A stretch of 64,000 nt of DNA from positions 24,708 through 88,707 of the forward strand of contig JBOICV010000092.1 in NCBI GenBank assembly GCA_050740255.1, read 5' to 3'. This stretch comes from Nevskiales bacterium (lineage in GTDB: Bacteria; Pseudomonadota; Gammaproteobacteria; Nevskiales; JBOICV01). Within the stretch, counting starts at the first letter, position 1; every line of letters begins with the position of its first letter. The notes beneath the pieces are model-generated. The model was not told the origin of the DNA. It did not search any database and saw only the letters and a list, made by a program, of their open reading frames with translations. The translations under genes and the position numbers were made by a program. This document shows, one piece after another, positions 45,317 to 57,727 of the stretch.

Positions 45317-46696
45317 ATGAATCTGGTCACGGCGATGGTGCTGGGCTACGTCGGCCTGCAGCTCCTGTTCGGTTTTTTCTTCATGCGTACTATCAAGACC
45401 GAGCAGGATTATCTGCTCGCGGGGCGCACGCTTGGGCCGGGCCTGGTCATGTTCTCGGTGTTCGCGACCTGGTTCGGCGCCGAAAGCTGCATCGGCTCTA
45501 CGGGCGAGGCGTACTCCAGCGGTCTGGTCGGCACCAGCGTTGACCCTTTTGGCTACGCGAGCTGTGTGATTGTGCTGGGGCTGCTGCTGGCGGTGCCGCT
45601 GTGGAAGATGGGACTCACCACTTTGGCGGACCTGTTCCGCCTGCGTTATGGCAAGGGCGTGGAGCGGCTCGCGGCCGTGATCATGATTCCGACGTCCCTG
45701 CTGTGGGCCGCGGCGCAGGTGCGCGGCTTCGGCCAGGTGCTCGCGGCATCGTCGGACCTCGACCCGGTCGTTTCGATGGCGATCGCCGCGACGGTGGTCA
45801 TCGTTTACACCACGGTCGGCGGCATGCTGGCCGACACCTACTCGGATTTTCTGCAGGGCATCGTGATGGTGCTCGGACTGGTGCTGACGGGCGTACTGGT
45901 CATGCAAGGCGGTGGTTGGGAGGCTTTGGCGCAAGTGCCCGCGGAACGGCTGAGCTTCAAGCCCGAAGGCACGCCCTGGCTGGAGGTGCTGGAAACCTGG
46001 TCGGTACCCATACTCGGTTCGTTGGTAGCGCAGGAATTGATCTCGCGCGTCATCTCGGCGCGCAGCCCGCAGGTCGCGCGCAACGCCACGGTCGCGGCCG
46101 GCGTCATGTATCTGTGCATCGGCCTGATACCGGTCAGCCTGGGCTTGGCGGCGGCGACGCTGCTGCCGGGCGTCGCGGAATCCGAACAGGTCATCACCCT
46201 GCTGGCGCAGAAGTATCTGCCGCAGTGGGTTTATATTCTGTTCATCGGCGCGCTGGTCTCGGCTATTCTGTCTACGGTCAACACCACGCTGTTGGTCTGC
46301 GGCTCCCTGACCGCGCACAATCTGGTGCTGCCGTTCCGGCCGCAGGCGAGCGAACGCCAGAAAATTGCCTATAACCGGGTCGCGGTGGTCGCTTACGGCA
46401 TCCTGGCCTTCATCATCGCGCTGAGCAGCGAGAGCGTATATTCGCTGGTAGAGCTGGCGTCCAGTCTCGGCTCCTCGGGTTTGCTGGTTTGCGTGCTGTT
46501 CGCGTTATTCGCCAAGGGTTGGGGTGGACGGCTACCGGCTTATGCGTCGCTGATCGCAGGTCTCGCGGTGTTTGTCGTCGCGGACTTTGTGTTGGAAGCC
46601 GACTATCCCTTCCTCGCCTCGATCGTGGCTGCCTTGCTGGCCTACCTGAGTTTTGCCCCTTTCGGCGCGCGCACAATGGCGCCGGCCGCGGCGTAA
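45317..46696 (+). CDS. Sodium:solute symporter family transporter
   Basis: 459 aa and polytopic. It has the segment DYLLAGRTLGPGLVMFSVFATWFGAESCIGSTG. Confidence 0.85.
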   Translation: MNLVTAMVLGYVGLQLLFGFFFMRTIKTEQDYLLAGRTLGPGLVMFSVFATWFGAESCIGSTGEAYSSGLVGTSVDPFGYASCVIVLGLLLAVPLWKMGLTTLADLFRLRYGKGVERLAAVIMIPTSLLWAAAQVRGFGQVLAASSDLDPVVSMAIAATVVIVYTTVGGMLADTYSDFLQGIVMVLGLVLTGVLVMQGGGWEALAQVPAERLSFKPEGTPWLEVLETWSVPILGSLVAQELISRVISARSPQVARNATVAAGVMYLCIGLIPVSLGLAAATLLPGVAESEQVITLLAQKYLPQWVYILFIGALVSAILSTVNTTLLVCGSLTAHNLVLPFRPQASERQKIAYNRVAVVAYGILAFIIALSSESVYSLVELASSLGSSGLLVCVLFALFAKGWGGRLPAYASLIAGLAVFVVADFVLEADYPFLASIVAALLAYLSFAPFGARTMAPAAA

Positions 46697-46802
46697 TATC
46701 GTTTTCGCTCCACTATTGCGCTGACGCTTGGTCTAAAATCGCGCCATTATTTCGCTGCTTCCGGCTGACTCCAGTTTGTTCATATATTTTTCAAGGGTCC
46801 AG

Positions 46803-48377
46803 GTGATTCCGCGCGTATTAAGACTCGTCTCCTGCCTGGCATTGGCCGCGGCGGCCAGCAACGCGCAGGCCGCGCCGCAGGATTTCCCGCGGCCCGCGGC
46901 GCTGCAACCGCAAGTGGAGTTCTGGAAGAAGATCTTTGGCGTTTATTCCAGCCAGCAAATCGTTTTTCACGACGACCGCTATCCCAACAAAATCCTCAAA
47001 GTCCTGGATTTTCGGCCGCTGGCGGCGGCCGGGGCGTCCAATATCGAAATTGAGCGGCGCATGCGCACCGAGGAGAAGCGCGCCAGGGCGAAGTTGCAGA
47101 ACATGCTGTGGCGCGTGCACAAAGGCGAAGCGGACCTGACTGCAGAAGAGCTACGGCTGCGCCAGCTTTTCGCCGAGGTGCCGGGGCGTAACCGCTATGT
47201 GCTGGCGCAGGGACGCATCCGTAGCCAGCGCGGATTAAAGGAAAAGACCCGCAACGCGGTGATGATTTCCGGCCGGTATATGGCGCGCATGGAAGCGGTA
47301 TTTCGCAGCTATGGCCTGCCCACCGAGTTGACGCGCATTCCGTTTGTGGAATCCAGTTTCAACGTGAAGGCCTATTCCAAAGTCGGCGCCGCGGGCATGT
47401 GGCAGTTCATGCCGTCCTCTGCCCGCATCTACATGCGTCTGAACGAAGTGGTGGATGACCGCCGTGATCCGTGGCTGTCCACGGAAGCGGCGGCCAGGCA
47501 CTTGCGCGACGATTACGCTGCGCTGCAGGACTGGGGACTGGCGGTCACAGCCTATAACCATGGCCGCAGCGGCGTGGCCAAGGCTGCGCGCATTGCCGGC
47601 AGCCGCAATATCGCCGACATCGTGCGGCGTTACAGCAGCCGTACTTTCGGGTTCGCATCACGCAATTTCTACGCCGAATTCCTGGCGGCAATGGACGTTG
47701 AGCGCAACTACATTCAATACTTCGGCCCGCTGCGGCGTGAGCCTTTGCAGTATTTCGACGAGGTCAGCACCCAGCACTACGTGAATTTCCCGACGCTGGC
47801 GCGTCTCGCCGGCGTGTCGACCGAGCACTTCCACGAACTCAACCCCGCATTCCATCCGCACGTGGCCAGCGGCCGGCTGCGGGTACCGCCGCAAACCCGT
47901 CTGCGCGTGCCGCCGGGACGCGCGGCCAGCTTCCAGTCGCAGTACGCAAGTCTGGGACCGCAGTATTTGTTTTCGGCGCAACAGCACTACTACGCCAGCC
48001 ACCGCGTGCGGCGCGGCGAAACCCTGGGCGGTATCGCGCGCCGCTATGGCAGCAGTACCGCATCAATCCAGGCTGCCAATGGGCTGCGCAAGAATGGCCG
48101 GCTACGTATTGGCACAACGCTGAAGATTCCACCGCGGGACGCACGTGCGGTGCAGACCGCTTCCGCGCCCGCCAAGGCGAAACCGGCAACTTCAACGGCC
48201 AAGTCAGCCTCGGCGCAGTCTCAGGCGAAGTATCGCTCTCACCGCGTGCAATCCGGTCAGACCCTGCACGGCATCGCCCGCCGTTACGGCACCAATGTCC
48301 GTTCGATCCAGGCCGCCAACTCGATGTCGGACTCGCGCATCAAGCCGGGGCAGGTGCTGAAAATCCCTGCCAGCTAG
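46803..48377 (+). CDS. Lytic transglycosylase (SLT domain) with two C-terminal LysM domains
   Basis: GTG start (the track begins at TTG 46776). The signal peptide ends SNAQA. It has the SLT catalytic region FVESSFNVKAYSKVGAAGMWQFMPSSA and two LysM repeats (HRVRRGETLGGIARRYG, HRVQSGQTLHGIARRYG). Confidence 0.85.
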   Translation: MIPRVLRLVSCLALAAAASNAQAAPQDFPRPAALQPQVEFWKKIFGVYSSQQIVFHDDRYPNKILKVLDFRPLAAAGASNIEIERRMRTEEKRARAKLQNMLWRVHKGEADLTAEELRLRQLFAEVPGRNRYVLAQGRIRSQRGLKEKTRNAVMISGRYMARMEAVFRSYGLPTELTRIPFVESSFNVKAYSKVGAAGMWQFMPSSARIYMRLNEVVDDRRDPWLSTEAAARHLRDDYAALQDWGLAVTAYNHGRSGVAKAARIAGSRNIADIVRRYSSRTFGFASRNFYAEFLAAMDVERNYIQYFGPLRREPLQYFDEVSTQHYVNFPTLARLAGVSTEHFHELNPAFHPHVASGRLRVPPQTRLRVPPGRAASFQSQYASLGPQYLFSAQQHYYASHRVRRGETLGGIARRYGSSTASIQAANGLRKNGRLRIGTTLKIPPRDARAVQTASAPAKAKPATSTAKSASAQSQAKYRSHRVQSGQTLHGIARRYGTNVRSIQAANSMSDSRIKPGQVLKIPAS

Positions 48378-48424
48378 ACCCCGCGCGGCTGACGGGAACC
48401 CATCGGGTATAATTCGCGCCCCTA

Positions 48425-48535
48425 AATAAAGACGCGCAGCGTCCTTGTCCTCCCTCCCCTTGAGGGAGGGGTAGCGCGCAGCATCCTTATGCTCTCTCCC
48501 CGCTTGCGGGGAGAGAATAGAGCGAGGGGCAGGAT
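48425..48535. repeat. Two tandem composite REP-like units upstream of tRNA-Leu
   Basis: The units are ataaagaCGCGCAGCgTCCTTgTCCTCCCTCCCCttgaGGGAGGGG and tagCGCGCAGCaTCCTTatgCTCTCTCCCCgcttgcGGGGAGAG. Each has a GCGCAGC-TCCTT leader plus a palindrome. Confidence 0.8.
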
Positions 48536-48541
48536 TTCCGT

Positions 48542-48626
<85 letters not shown>

Positions 48627-48628
48627 GA

Positions 48629-48705
48629 AGATAAAGACGCGCAGCGGCCTTATCCTCCCTCCCCTTGAGGGAGGGAGAAGAGGGAGGGGTAGGGCGCAGC
48701 GGCAA
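48629..48705. repeat. Composite REP-like unit downstream of tRNA-Leu (direct repeat of 48425-48470)
   Basis: ataaagacgcgcagcgGccttAtcctccctccccttgagggaggg matches the upstream copy with 2 mismatches over 44 nt. GGTAGGGCGCAGC follows, against GGTAGCGCGCAGC upstream. Confidence 0.8.
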
Positions 48706-48730
48706 TGATATATACAGTCAGAGGCTGAGC

Positions 48731-50098
48731 ATGGAAGTTTCCGTGATATCCCCCGGCGGGCTGGAACGCCGTATGAAGGTGCAGTTGCCCGCTGAGCAGG
48801 TCGAGCAGGCTGTTTCGGAGCGCATCCGCCGCATCGGCAACCGCGCACGCATACCTGGATTTCGTCCGGGCAAGGCACCGCTGCCGGTGCTGCAACAGCG
48901 TTTTGGCGCTCAGGCGCGCGAAGAGGCGGTAGGCGAGCTGATTCAGAACAGCTATGTCGACGCGCTGCAAAAATCCGAGCTGAGGCCGGCGGGACAACCC
49001 AGCATCGAGCTGCCGCAGGCGCCGCTGTCGGGTCAGGCGCTGGAATACACCGCGGTGTTCGACGTCTATCCGCAGATCGAACTGAAAGCCCTTGATCAGA
49101 TCGAGGTGCAAAAACCGCAAGTGGAGATAACCGACGCGGATGTAGAGCGCGTGATCACCTCGCTGCGTCAGCAGCACAAGACTTATTGCGTGGTGGAGCG
49201 CGCCAGCGTTGCGGACGACCAGCTCAAGATTGATTTTGCGGGCCTGCTGGACGGCCAACCCTTCAACGGCAACAGCGCCCAGGACTTCGAGTTGGTGCTG
49301 GGCGCCGGTCGCTTGCTCAAATCAATGGAAAATTCGCTGGTTGGCCGCAAAGCCGGCGAAAGCTATAGCGTGGACGTGGATTTCCCGGCCGACTACCCGG
49401 CCGAGCACCTCAAGGGCAAGCGCGCGGTGTTCGCCATCACGGTGAAGCAGGTGACGGAGCCGGTGTTGCCGGCGCTGAGCGATGAATTCTTGAAAACCGT
49501 CGGTGTCATCGAGGGCGGGGCAACGGCGTTGCAGGCCAAAATCCATACGTCGCTGACGCGTCAGGCGGAGAAGACGGTACAGGGCCGGCTCAAGGAACAA
49601 GTGCTGGAACAATTGCTCAAACGCAATCCGCTCGACTTGCCGCGCGGCCTGGTGGCGCAGGAACTTGCGCGTATGCGGCAGGAGGCGCTGGGCCGCCTGC
49701 CGCCACGCATGCAGCGCGAACTGGGTAAAGACGGCAGCCGGCTTGCGGAATTGCTGCCGGAGGACAGTTTCCGCGAGGGCGCGCGCCGCCGCGTGGCGCT
49801 GGGTCTTTTGGTCGGTGAAGTGATCAAGTCGCGCAAGCTGGAGCTGGATCGCAGCCGCCTGGAGCAAAGCCTGGCGGGGCTGGCCGCTGACTATGACAAG
49901 CCGGATGACGTGATCCGCTACTACCGCGCCAATCCGCAGCTCATGCAGGGCGTCGAAGCGATGGTTATGGAAGAACAGGTGGTTGAGAGCCTGCTGGCCG
50001 GCGCACAGATCAAGCACCAGGCCAGCAGTTTCGAGGAATTGATGCGGCCGCCGCATGGCGCGCCCGGACATCAGCACGGCCCCGACTGCGACCACTGA
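48731..50098 (+). CDS. tig: Trigger factor
   Basis: The internal ATG gives MEVSVISPGGLERRMKVQLPAEQV..IPGFRPGKAP. The track start at 48665 reads through the repeat. The tail is His-rich. Confidence 0.95.
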   Translation: MEVSVISPGGLERRMKVQLPAEQVEQAVSERIRRIGNRARIPGFRPGKAPLPVLQQRFGAQAREEAVGELIQNSYVDALQKSELRPAGQPSIELPQAPLSGQALEYTAVFDVYPQIELKALDQIEVQKPQVEITDADVERVITSLRQQHKTYCVVERASVADDQLKIDFAGLLDGQPFNGNSAQDFELVLGAGRLLKSMENSLVGRKAGESYSVDVDFPADYPAEHLKGKRAVFAITVKQVTEPVLPALSDEFLKTVGVIEGGATALQAKIHTSLTRQAEKTVQGRLKEQVLEQLLKRNPLDLPRGLVAQELARMRQEALGRLPPRMQRELGKDGSRLAELLPEDSFREGARRRVALGLLVGEVIKSRKLELDRSRLEQSLAGLAADYDKPDDVIRYYRANPQLMQGVEAMVMEEQVVESLLAGAQIKHQASSFEELMRPPHGAPGHQHGPDCDH

Positions 50099-50256
50099 AA
50101 GCTGCTGCGGCGGACGATGACTTTGTCGCGGACGGGCTCAACATCCTCATGAACCGGCACAAGTTCACTCCGGTGTTTCGCGCCGCCCGCTTCGCGTTCT
50201 CGCCCAGCTCACAACGCTTTCAGTAATAATAGGGTCGTCAGACTTTGAGGCCATCC

Positions 50257-50916
50257 ATGACATTTCGCCGCAGTGAGCTTGAGGAATACCTTGCCCGCGC
50301 CCAGCATCCCCAGGCGCAACACTTGGTTCCGATGGTGGTTGAGCAAACCCCGCGGGGCGAGCGCGCCTTCGACATCTATTCGCGCCTGCTGAAGGAGCGC
50401 GTGGTGTTCATCGTCGGGCCGGTGGAAGACCACATGGCCAACCTGGTCGTCGCTCAATTATTGTTTCTCGAGTCCGAGAATCCGGACAAGGACATCAATC
50501 TGTATATCAACTCACCGGGCGGCGTAGTCACGGCGGGTCTGTCCATTTACGACACCATGCAGTTCATCCGGCCGGACGTCTCGACCATTTGCGTAGGTCA
50601 GGCGGCCAGCATGGGCGCGATACTGCTGGCAGCGGGCAAGAAGGGTAAGCGTTTCGCGTTACCGCATTCACGCATCATGGTGCACCAGCCGCTGGGCGGT
50701 TTCCAAGGGCAGGCCAAGGATGTCGAGATTCACGCCAGGGAAATCCTGCAAATGCGCGACCGCTTGAACAAGCTACTGATCGAGCACACCGGGCAAACGC
50801 TGGAGCGGATCGAGAGAGACACCGACCGCGATTACTTCATGAGCGGGGCCGAAGCCAAGACTTACGGCCTGGTGGATGAGGTCTTGCTCACGCGCAAGAC
50901 CCCGCGCGCCGCCTAA
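50257..50916 (+). CDS. clpP: ATP-dependent Clp protease proteolytic subunit
   Basis: It has the segments [29 protein letters not shown], the catalytic Ser context GQAASMGA, and MVHQP. Confidence 0.97.
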   Translation: MTFRRSELEEYLARAQHPQAQHLVPMVVEQTPRGERAFDIYSRLLKERVVFIVGPVEDHMANLVVAQLLFLESENPDKDINLYINSPGGVVTAGLSIYDTMQFIRPDVSTICVGQAASMGAILLAAGKKGKRFALPHSRIMVHQPLGGFQGQAKDVEIHAREILQMRDRLNKLLIEHTGQTLERIERDTDRDYFMSGAEAKTYGLVDEVLLTRKTPRAA

Positions 50917-51024
50917 GCTGGGCCGGTCGTCGCTACTGCAACAAGCACCTGTTCGGACCTAGCTGAACTTTTCCCTGCGTTTCCCGGCCTAAGTTCTTGT
51001 ACGCCACTGGCGACGGCCCGAATT

Positions 51025-51053
51025 TTGCGTCCGTCCAGCGACATGGTATATAA
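51025..51053 (+). promoter_or_regulatory. Candidate sigma70 promoter for clpX
   Basis: TTGCGT (51025-51030), a 16-17-nt spacer, then TATATAA (51047-51053), lying in the 198-nt clpP-clpX spacer. Confidence 0.4.
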
Positions 51054-51114
51054 GGATTGCATACCGGGGAGGCGAGGGCGTCCCGACCGGCGGTCTGGAG
51101 CTACGGGATAGGGC

Positions 51115-52389
51115 ATGAGTAACGAAACGCGCGGTAGCAACGGTAAGGTCCTGCACTGCTCTTTCTGCGGCAAGAGCGAACACGAGGTGCGCAAGCTGAT
51201 TGCGGGCCCGTCCGTGTTCATCTGCGACGAGTGCGTCGAGCTGTGCAACGACATCATCCGCGAAGAGCTGCAGGCGAAACCTGCGCACAAGGGTCTGCCC
51301 AAGCCCAACGAGATCCGCAAGGTGCTGGATGACTACGTCATCGGCCAGGAACGCGCCAAGAAGATTCTGGCGGTGGCGGTATACAACCACTATAAGCGCC
51401 TGCACGCGAAGCCCGCGACCAGCGAAGACGTCGAACTGTCCAAGAGCAATATCCTGCTGATCGGCCCGACCGGCAGCGGCAAGACGCTGCTGGCCGAAAC
51501 GCTGGCGCGCTTGCTGGACGTGCCCTTCGCAATAGCGGACGCCACCACGCTGACCGAAGCGGGTTATGTCGGCGAGGACGTGGAAAACATCATCCAGAAG
51601 CTGCTGCAGAAATGCGATTACGACATCGAGAAAGCGCAGCGCGGCATCGTCTACATTGACGAAATCGACAAGATTTCGCGCAAGAGCGAGAACCCCTCCA
51701 TCACGCGCGACGTGTCCGGCGAGGGCGTGCAGCAGGCCTTGCTCAAGCTGATTGAAGGCACCATTGCCAGCGTACCGCCGCAGGGCGGGCGCAAGCACCC
51801 GCAGCAGGAATTCCTGCAGGTGGACACGCGCAGCATTCTGTTCATCTGCGGCGGCGCTTTCTCCGGCCTGGAGAAGATCATCGCGCGCCGCTCGGCGCCC
51901 GGCGGCATTGGCTTCAAGGCCGATGTGAAGGGCAAGGACGACGCGCGCAAGATCGGCGAGATCCTGATGGATGTCGAGCCGGAGGATTTGATCAAGTACG
52001 GGCTGATCCCGGAGTTCGTGGGCCGTCTGCCGGTGGTGGCGACGCTCGAAGAGCTCGACGAGAAGGCGCTGGTCTCGATTCTGACCGAGCCGAAAAACGC
52101 GCTGACCAAGCAGTATTCGCGCCTGTTTCAGATGGAAGGTTGCGGCCTCGAGTTCCGGCCTGACGCGCTGGGCGCCATCGCCAAGAAGGCGAAGGAGCGC
52201 AAGACCGGCGCGCGCGGCCTGCGCACCATCGTCGAGAACATCCTGCTGGACGTGATGTATGAATTGCCGATGATGCAGAACGTCTCGAAGGTGGTGGTGG
52301 ACGAAGCCGTGGTGAAAGGCGACTCCAAGCCGCTGATCGTCTATCAGAACAACGAACCGCATCTGGCGGCGGTAGGCGATAGCAAGTAG
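51115..52389 (+). CDS. clpX: ATP-dependent Clp protease ATP-binding subunit ClpX
   Basis: It has the zinc ribbon [29 protein letters not shown], Walker A GPTGSGKT and the segment IVYIDEIDK. Confidence 0.98.
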   Translation: MSNETRGSNGKVLHCSFCGKSEHEVRKLIAGPSVFICDECVELCNDIIREELQAKPAHKGLPKPNEIRKVLDDYVIGQERAKKILAVAVYNHYKRLHAKPATSEDVELSKSNILLIGPTGSGKTLLAETLARLLDVPFAIADATTLTEAGYVGEDVENIIQKLLQKCDYDIEKAQRGIVYIDEIDKISRKSENPSITRDVSGEGVQQALLKLIEGTIASVPPQGGRKHPQQEFLQVDTRSILFICGGAFSGLEKIIARRSAPGGIGFKADVKGKDDARKIGEILMDVEPEDLIKYGLIPEFVGRLPVVATLEELDEKALVSILTEPKNALTKQYSRLFQMEGCGLEFRPDALGAIAKKAKERKTGARGLRTIVENILLDVMYELPMMQNVSKVVVDEAVVKGDSKPLIVYQNNEPHLAAVGDSK

Positions 52390-52483
52390 CGCCTTAGCCG
52401 TCGCTGCGCGCCGCCGGGGCCGGTTCCCTCGTCGAAACGGCTCCGCTTGAGCGGCGAATCTGCGGCTGTCAATAGGCGGCCCG

Positions 52484-52513
52484 CTTGAAATGCCCCGCCG
52501 CCGCCTCCATTTA
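52484..52513 (+). promoter_or_regulatory. Candidate sigma32 (heat-shock) promoter for lon
   Basis: cccgCTTGAAA (52484-52490), a 14-nt spacer, then CTCCATTTA (52505-52513), against the consensus CTTGAAA-N13-15-CCCCATnT. It lies 35 nt upstream of the lon ATG. Confidence 0.55.
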
Positions 52514-52547
52514 GTATCATCACCCTTACTCCAGCCGTGAGGTCTCG

Positions 52548-54938
<2,391 letters not shown>

Positions 54939-54992
54939 CGTCATAAAAGTTGAGCGTGTCGAATACGCGCAAAACTTTTTTTGCGTAATCTG

Positions 54993-55022
54993 TTGACGTA
55001 TTTGGAAAGCGCTTGGTATAAC
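54993..55022 (+). promoter_or_regulatory. Candidate sigma70 promoter for hupB
   Basis: TTGACG (54993-54998), an 18-nt spacer, then TATAAC (55017-55022). Confidence 0.5.
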
Positions 55023-55186
55023 ACGCTCCGGCATTGCGTCACGTCGTACGAAGCGGCTTGTTCCGGCGCAAAACCCATCGCGCCGAGGAGTCCGTTGGCG
55101 GGGCTCCATATGGGCCTGGAGCGCGTAGGGTCAGAGGGTTTCTTTTTTGGTTTTGTAGTTTCTGTGCAAGAAGGGGGAGTTAGCGC

Positions 55187-55459
55187 ATGAACAAATCCGA
55201 TTTGATCGAAGCCGTTTCCAAGGTCGCCGATCTGTCCAAGGCTGAGGCCGGGCGGGCGGCTGACGCGGTCTTCGATGCCATCACCAAGGCACTAAAAAAG
55301 GGCCAGAAGGTAGCGCTGGTCGGCTTTGGCACGTTCCAGGTGCGCAGCCGCAAAGCGCGCAAAGGGCGTAACCCGAAAACCGGAGCGGCAATCAGTATCA
55401 AAGCCAGCAAAGCGCCGGGTTTTAAGGCTGGCAAGGGCCTGAAGGACGCTGTAAACTAG
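55187..55459 (+). CDS. hupB: DNA-binding protein HU
   Basis: It starts [11 protein letters not shown].. and has [24 protein letters not shown] is gggggag. Confidence 0.97.
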   Translation: MNKSDLIEAVSKVADLSKAEAGRAADAVFDAITKALKKGQKVALVGFGTFQVRSRKARKGRNPKTGAAISIKASKAPGFKAGKGLKDAVN

Positions 55460-55508
55460 CGCGCCTTCTGGGGCCGCGGAGCGCCAAGACCCGATTGACG
55501 GCCGCGAC

Positions 55509-55584
55509 GGGTGCTTAGCTCAGCTGGTAGAGCGTCGCCCTTACAAGGCGAATGTCGGCGGTTCGATCCCGTCAGCACCCACCA
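55509..55584 (+). tRNA. tRNA-Val (anticodon TAC)
   Basis: Acceptor GGGTGCT/AGCACCC, anticodon arm TCGCC-CTTACAA-GGCGA, T-loop TTCGATC, encoded CCA. Confidence 0.95.
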
Positions 55585-55645
55585 GTACGCTTTTTCGAAA
55601 GGGCGCGACAGGGATGTCGCGATCTTTTACAGGGATGTAGATACT

Positions 55646-55722
55646 GGAGTGGTAGTTCAGTTGGTTAGAATACCGGCCTGTCACGCCGGGGGTCGCGGGT
55701 TCGAGTCCCGTCCACTCCGCCA
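55646..55722 (+). tRNA. tRNA-Asp (anticodon GTC)
   Basis: Acceptor GGAGTGG/CCACTCC, anticodon arm CCGGC-CTGTCAC-GCCGG, T-loop TTCGAGT, encoded CCA. Confidence 0.95.
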
Positions 55723-55739
55723 TATCGATCGTTAAGAAA

Positions 55740-55763
55740 GGGCGCCGTTCGGCGCTTTTTTTA
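55740..55763 (+). terminator. Rho-independent terminator after tRNA-Asp
   Basis: The sequence is GGCGCC-gttc-GGCGC followed by T8. Confidence 0.75.
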
Positions 55764-55794
55764 TGCTTGAAAATTGCTCTACAGGTGCTTCGAG

Positions 55795-57717
55795 ATGCTA
55801 CAGACCCTGCGTGATCGTCTGACCGGCCCGATTGCCATCGGCATCGTCGCTATCATCGCCGTGCCGTTTGCCTTCTGGGGCATCGATTCCTATCTGCGCA
55901 CGCCGACCAACCCGAAGGTTGCCGAGGTGGGCGATCAGGAGATCAGCCGGGTACAGTTGCAACGCGCCTATGATCAGAGTTATCAGCGCTTGCAGGAGCT
56001 GCTGGGCGGGAATGTACCGCCCGGCATGATCGAGCCGGAGAAGTTCCGTCGCGGCGTGCTGGACAACCTCATTCAGGAAACCCTGCTGGCGCAGCACGTG
56101 CGGGCGGAAGGCTACCGGGTGGGCAACGAAGCCGTTGCCGCCACGCTGCGCCGGCAAAGCGCTTTTACCAAGGACGGTGCGTTCTCGCCCGAACAGTATC
56201 GCGCCGCGCTGGCGCGCGCTGGCTATACCCCTTCGGGCTACGAAGCGGAGCTGCGTCAAGGCCTGGCGATAGACCAGTTACAGGGCGCGCTTAATGCCAC
56301 CAGCGTGGTGACGGAGCGCGATGTGGACAGCGCCTGGCGCCTGGCGAAACAACAGCGCGAGACCCGCTACCTGCTATTCAGCGCCGCCCGCTACCACGCC
56401 GAGGCGGTAATCGAGGCCAAGGACATCGAGGCACGCTACCAGCGCGAGGCCGACAAGTACCGCACGCCCGAGCGCATCAAACTGCTGTACGTCGAGCTTG
56501 ACCGCGAACGGCTGGCGCCGATCACGGCGCCGGCGAACGCCGTGCTCAAGACGCTATATGAAACCGAAAAGCAGGCGCGCTTTGCCAAGCCTGAACAACG
56601 GCATGCGCGGCATATCCTGCTGCGCGTGGCGGATCAAAGTCAGGAAGCCGCGATCAAAAGCAAGCTTGACGACCTGGCCCGGCAAGTTGCCGCAGGCGCT
56701 GATTTTACAGCGCTCGCGCTGACTCACTCCGAAGACAGCGGCTCCCGCAGCAAGAGCGGCGAGCTTGACTGGGTCGGCCGTGGCGTGATGGTGCCGGAAT
56801 TCGAGCAAGCACTGTTTGCCCTGAGTAAGGGCGAGACCAGTCCGCCCGTGCGCACCGAATTCGGCTGGCATTTGATCCGTCTGATCGACGTCAAACCCGA
56901 GCGGATCGAGCCCTTCGACTCGGCCAGCGTGCAAGCGGAGCTGCTGAAACTTTACCGCAGCCGCGAGGCGGAGGAGCGTTACAAGCAGCTCTCGAAACGC
57001 ATGGATGAGCTGGCCTTTGATGAACCCAGCTCGCTGGAGCCGGTAGCCCGCGCGTTAAATGCCAGCGTGCAGACCACCGACTGGATTACGCGCGACGCGG
57101 GGCTGGGTATCGGTGAGTTGCCGGCGGTGCGCGAAGCGGCTTTCACGGAGAGTGTGCTGAAGGATGGCGAGAACAGCGCGCCGATCAATCTGGGCCCCAT
57201 GCGCCAGGCGGTGTTGCGGCTGGCGGAGCATGAGCCGGCGCGGCAGCGCCCGCTGGCCGAAGTCGAAGCCGAGATCCGCCAGCAGTTGACTACCGAACGC
57301 GGCCGCGCCCGCGCTGCGCAACAAGCGGCGGCGGCGTTGACCGCCGCGCGCGGCGGCGAAGACTTAATAGCGCTGGCGCAAGGCCTCGGCGTGCCGCTGC
57401 AGCAACCCGGCTGGCTGCAGCGCGAAGCGGTGGAGGGGCAGGGTCTCGATCCGGCACTGCTCGCCGGCCTGTTCGCGATCCCGCGGCCCAGCGGCGGACG
57501 GCCCGCAGTGGCGCTGGTGGAGCTGAAGGACGGCGACCAGGCGCTGGTGGCGCTCAGTGCGGTGCGGGATGCGGATGCGGCGGCGGCGGATCCGGCGGCG
57601 CGCGCGGCCTTGAAGGGACAATTGGAAGCGGCTGCCGGCGCGCAGGAGTTCCGGGCCTATATGGATGGGTTGCGAGAGGAACTTGACGTAACAATCTACC
57701 CCGATCAGTTGCAATAA
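55795..57717 (+). CDS. ppiD: Periplasmic chaperone / peptidyl-prolyl isomerase PpiD (SurA N-terminal-domain family)
   Basis: It starts MLQTLRDRLTGPIAIGIVAIIAVPFAFWGIDSY (N-terminal anchor) and has a parvulin-like segment ARHILLRV..GELDWVGRGVMVPEFEQALF. Its position after hupB matches E. coli. Confidence 0.9.
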   Translation: MLQTLRDRLTGPIAIGIVAIIAVPFAFWGIDSYLRTPTNPKVAEVGDQEISRVQLQRAYDQSYQRLQELLGGNVPPGMIEPEKFRRGVLDNLIQETLLAQHVRAEGYRVGNEAVAATLRRQSAFTKDGAFSPEQYRAALARAGYTPSGYEAELRQGLAIDQLQGALNATSVVTERDVDSAWRLAKQQRETRYLLFSAARYHAEAVIEAKDIEARYQREADKYRTPERIKLLYVELDRERLAPITAPANAVLKTLYETEKQARFAKPEQRHARHILLRVADQSQEAAIKSKLDDLARQVAAGADFTALALTHSEDSGSRSKSGELDWVGRGVMVPEFEQALFALSKGETSPPVRTEFGWHLIRLIDVKPERIEPFDSASVQAELLKLYRSREAEERYKQLSKRMDELAFDEPSSLEPVARALNASVQTTDWITRDAGLGIGELPAVREAAFTESVLKDGENSAPINLGPMRQAVLRLAEHEPARQRPLAEVEAEIRQQLTTERGRARAAQQAAAALTAARGGEDLIALAQGLGVPLQQPGWLQREAVEGQGLDPALLAGLFAIPRPSGGRPAVALVELKDGDQALVALSAVRDADAAAADPAARAALKGQLEAAAGAQEFRAYMDGLREELDVTIYPDQLQ

Positions 57718-57727
57718 CGATGCGGGA

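Noticed and set aside
42813-46318. Long antisense ORFs over the RND permease (42813-44105, 430 aa) and the symporter (45134-46318, 394 aa)
   Set aside because: Both lie fully inside strongly supported plus-strand genes. Their translations are dominated by R/Q/H/A/G runs typical of the reverse complement of GC3-rich coding sequence.
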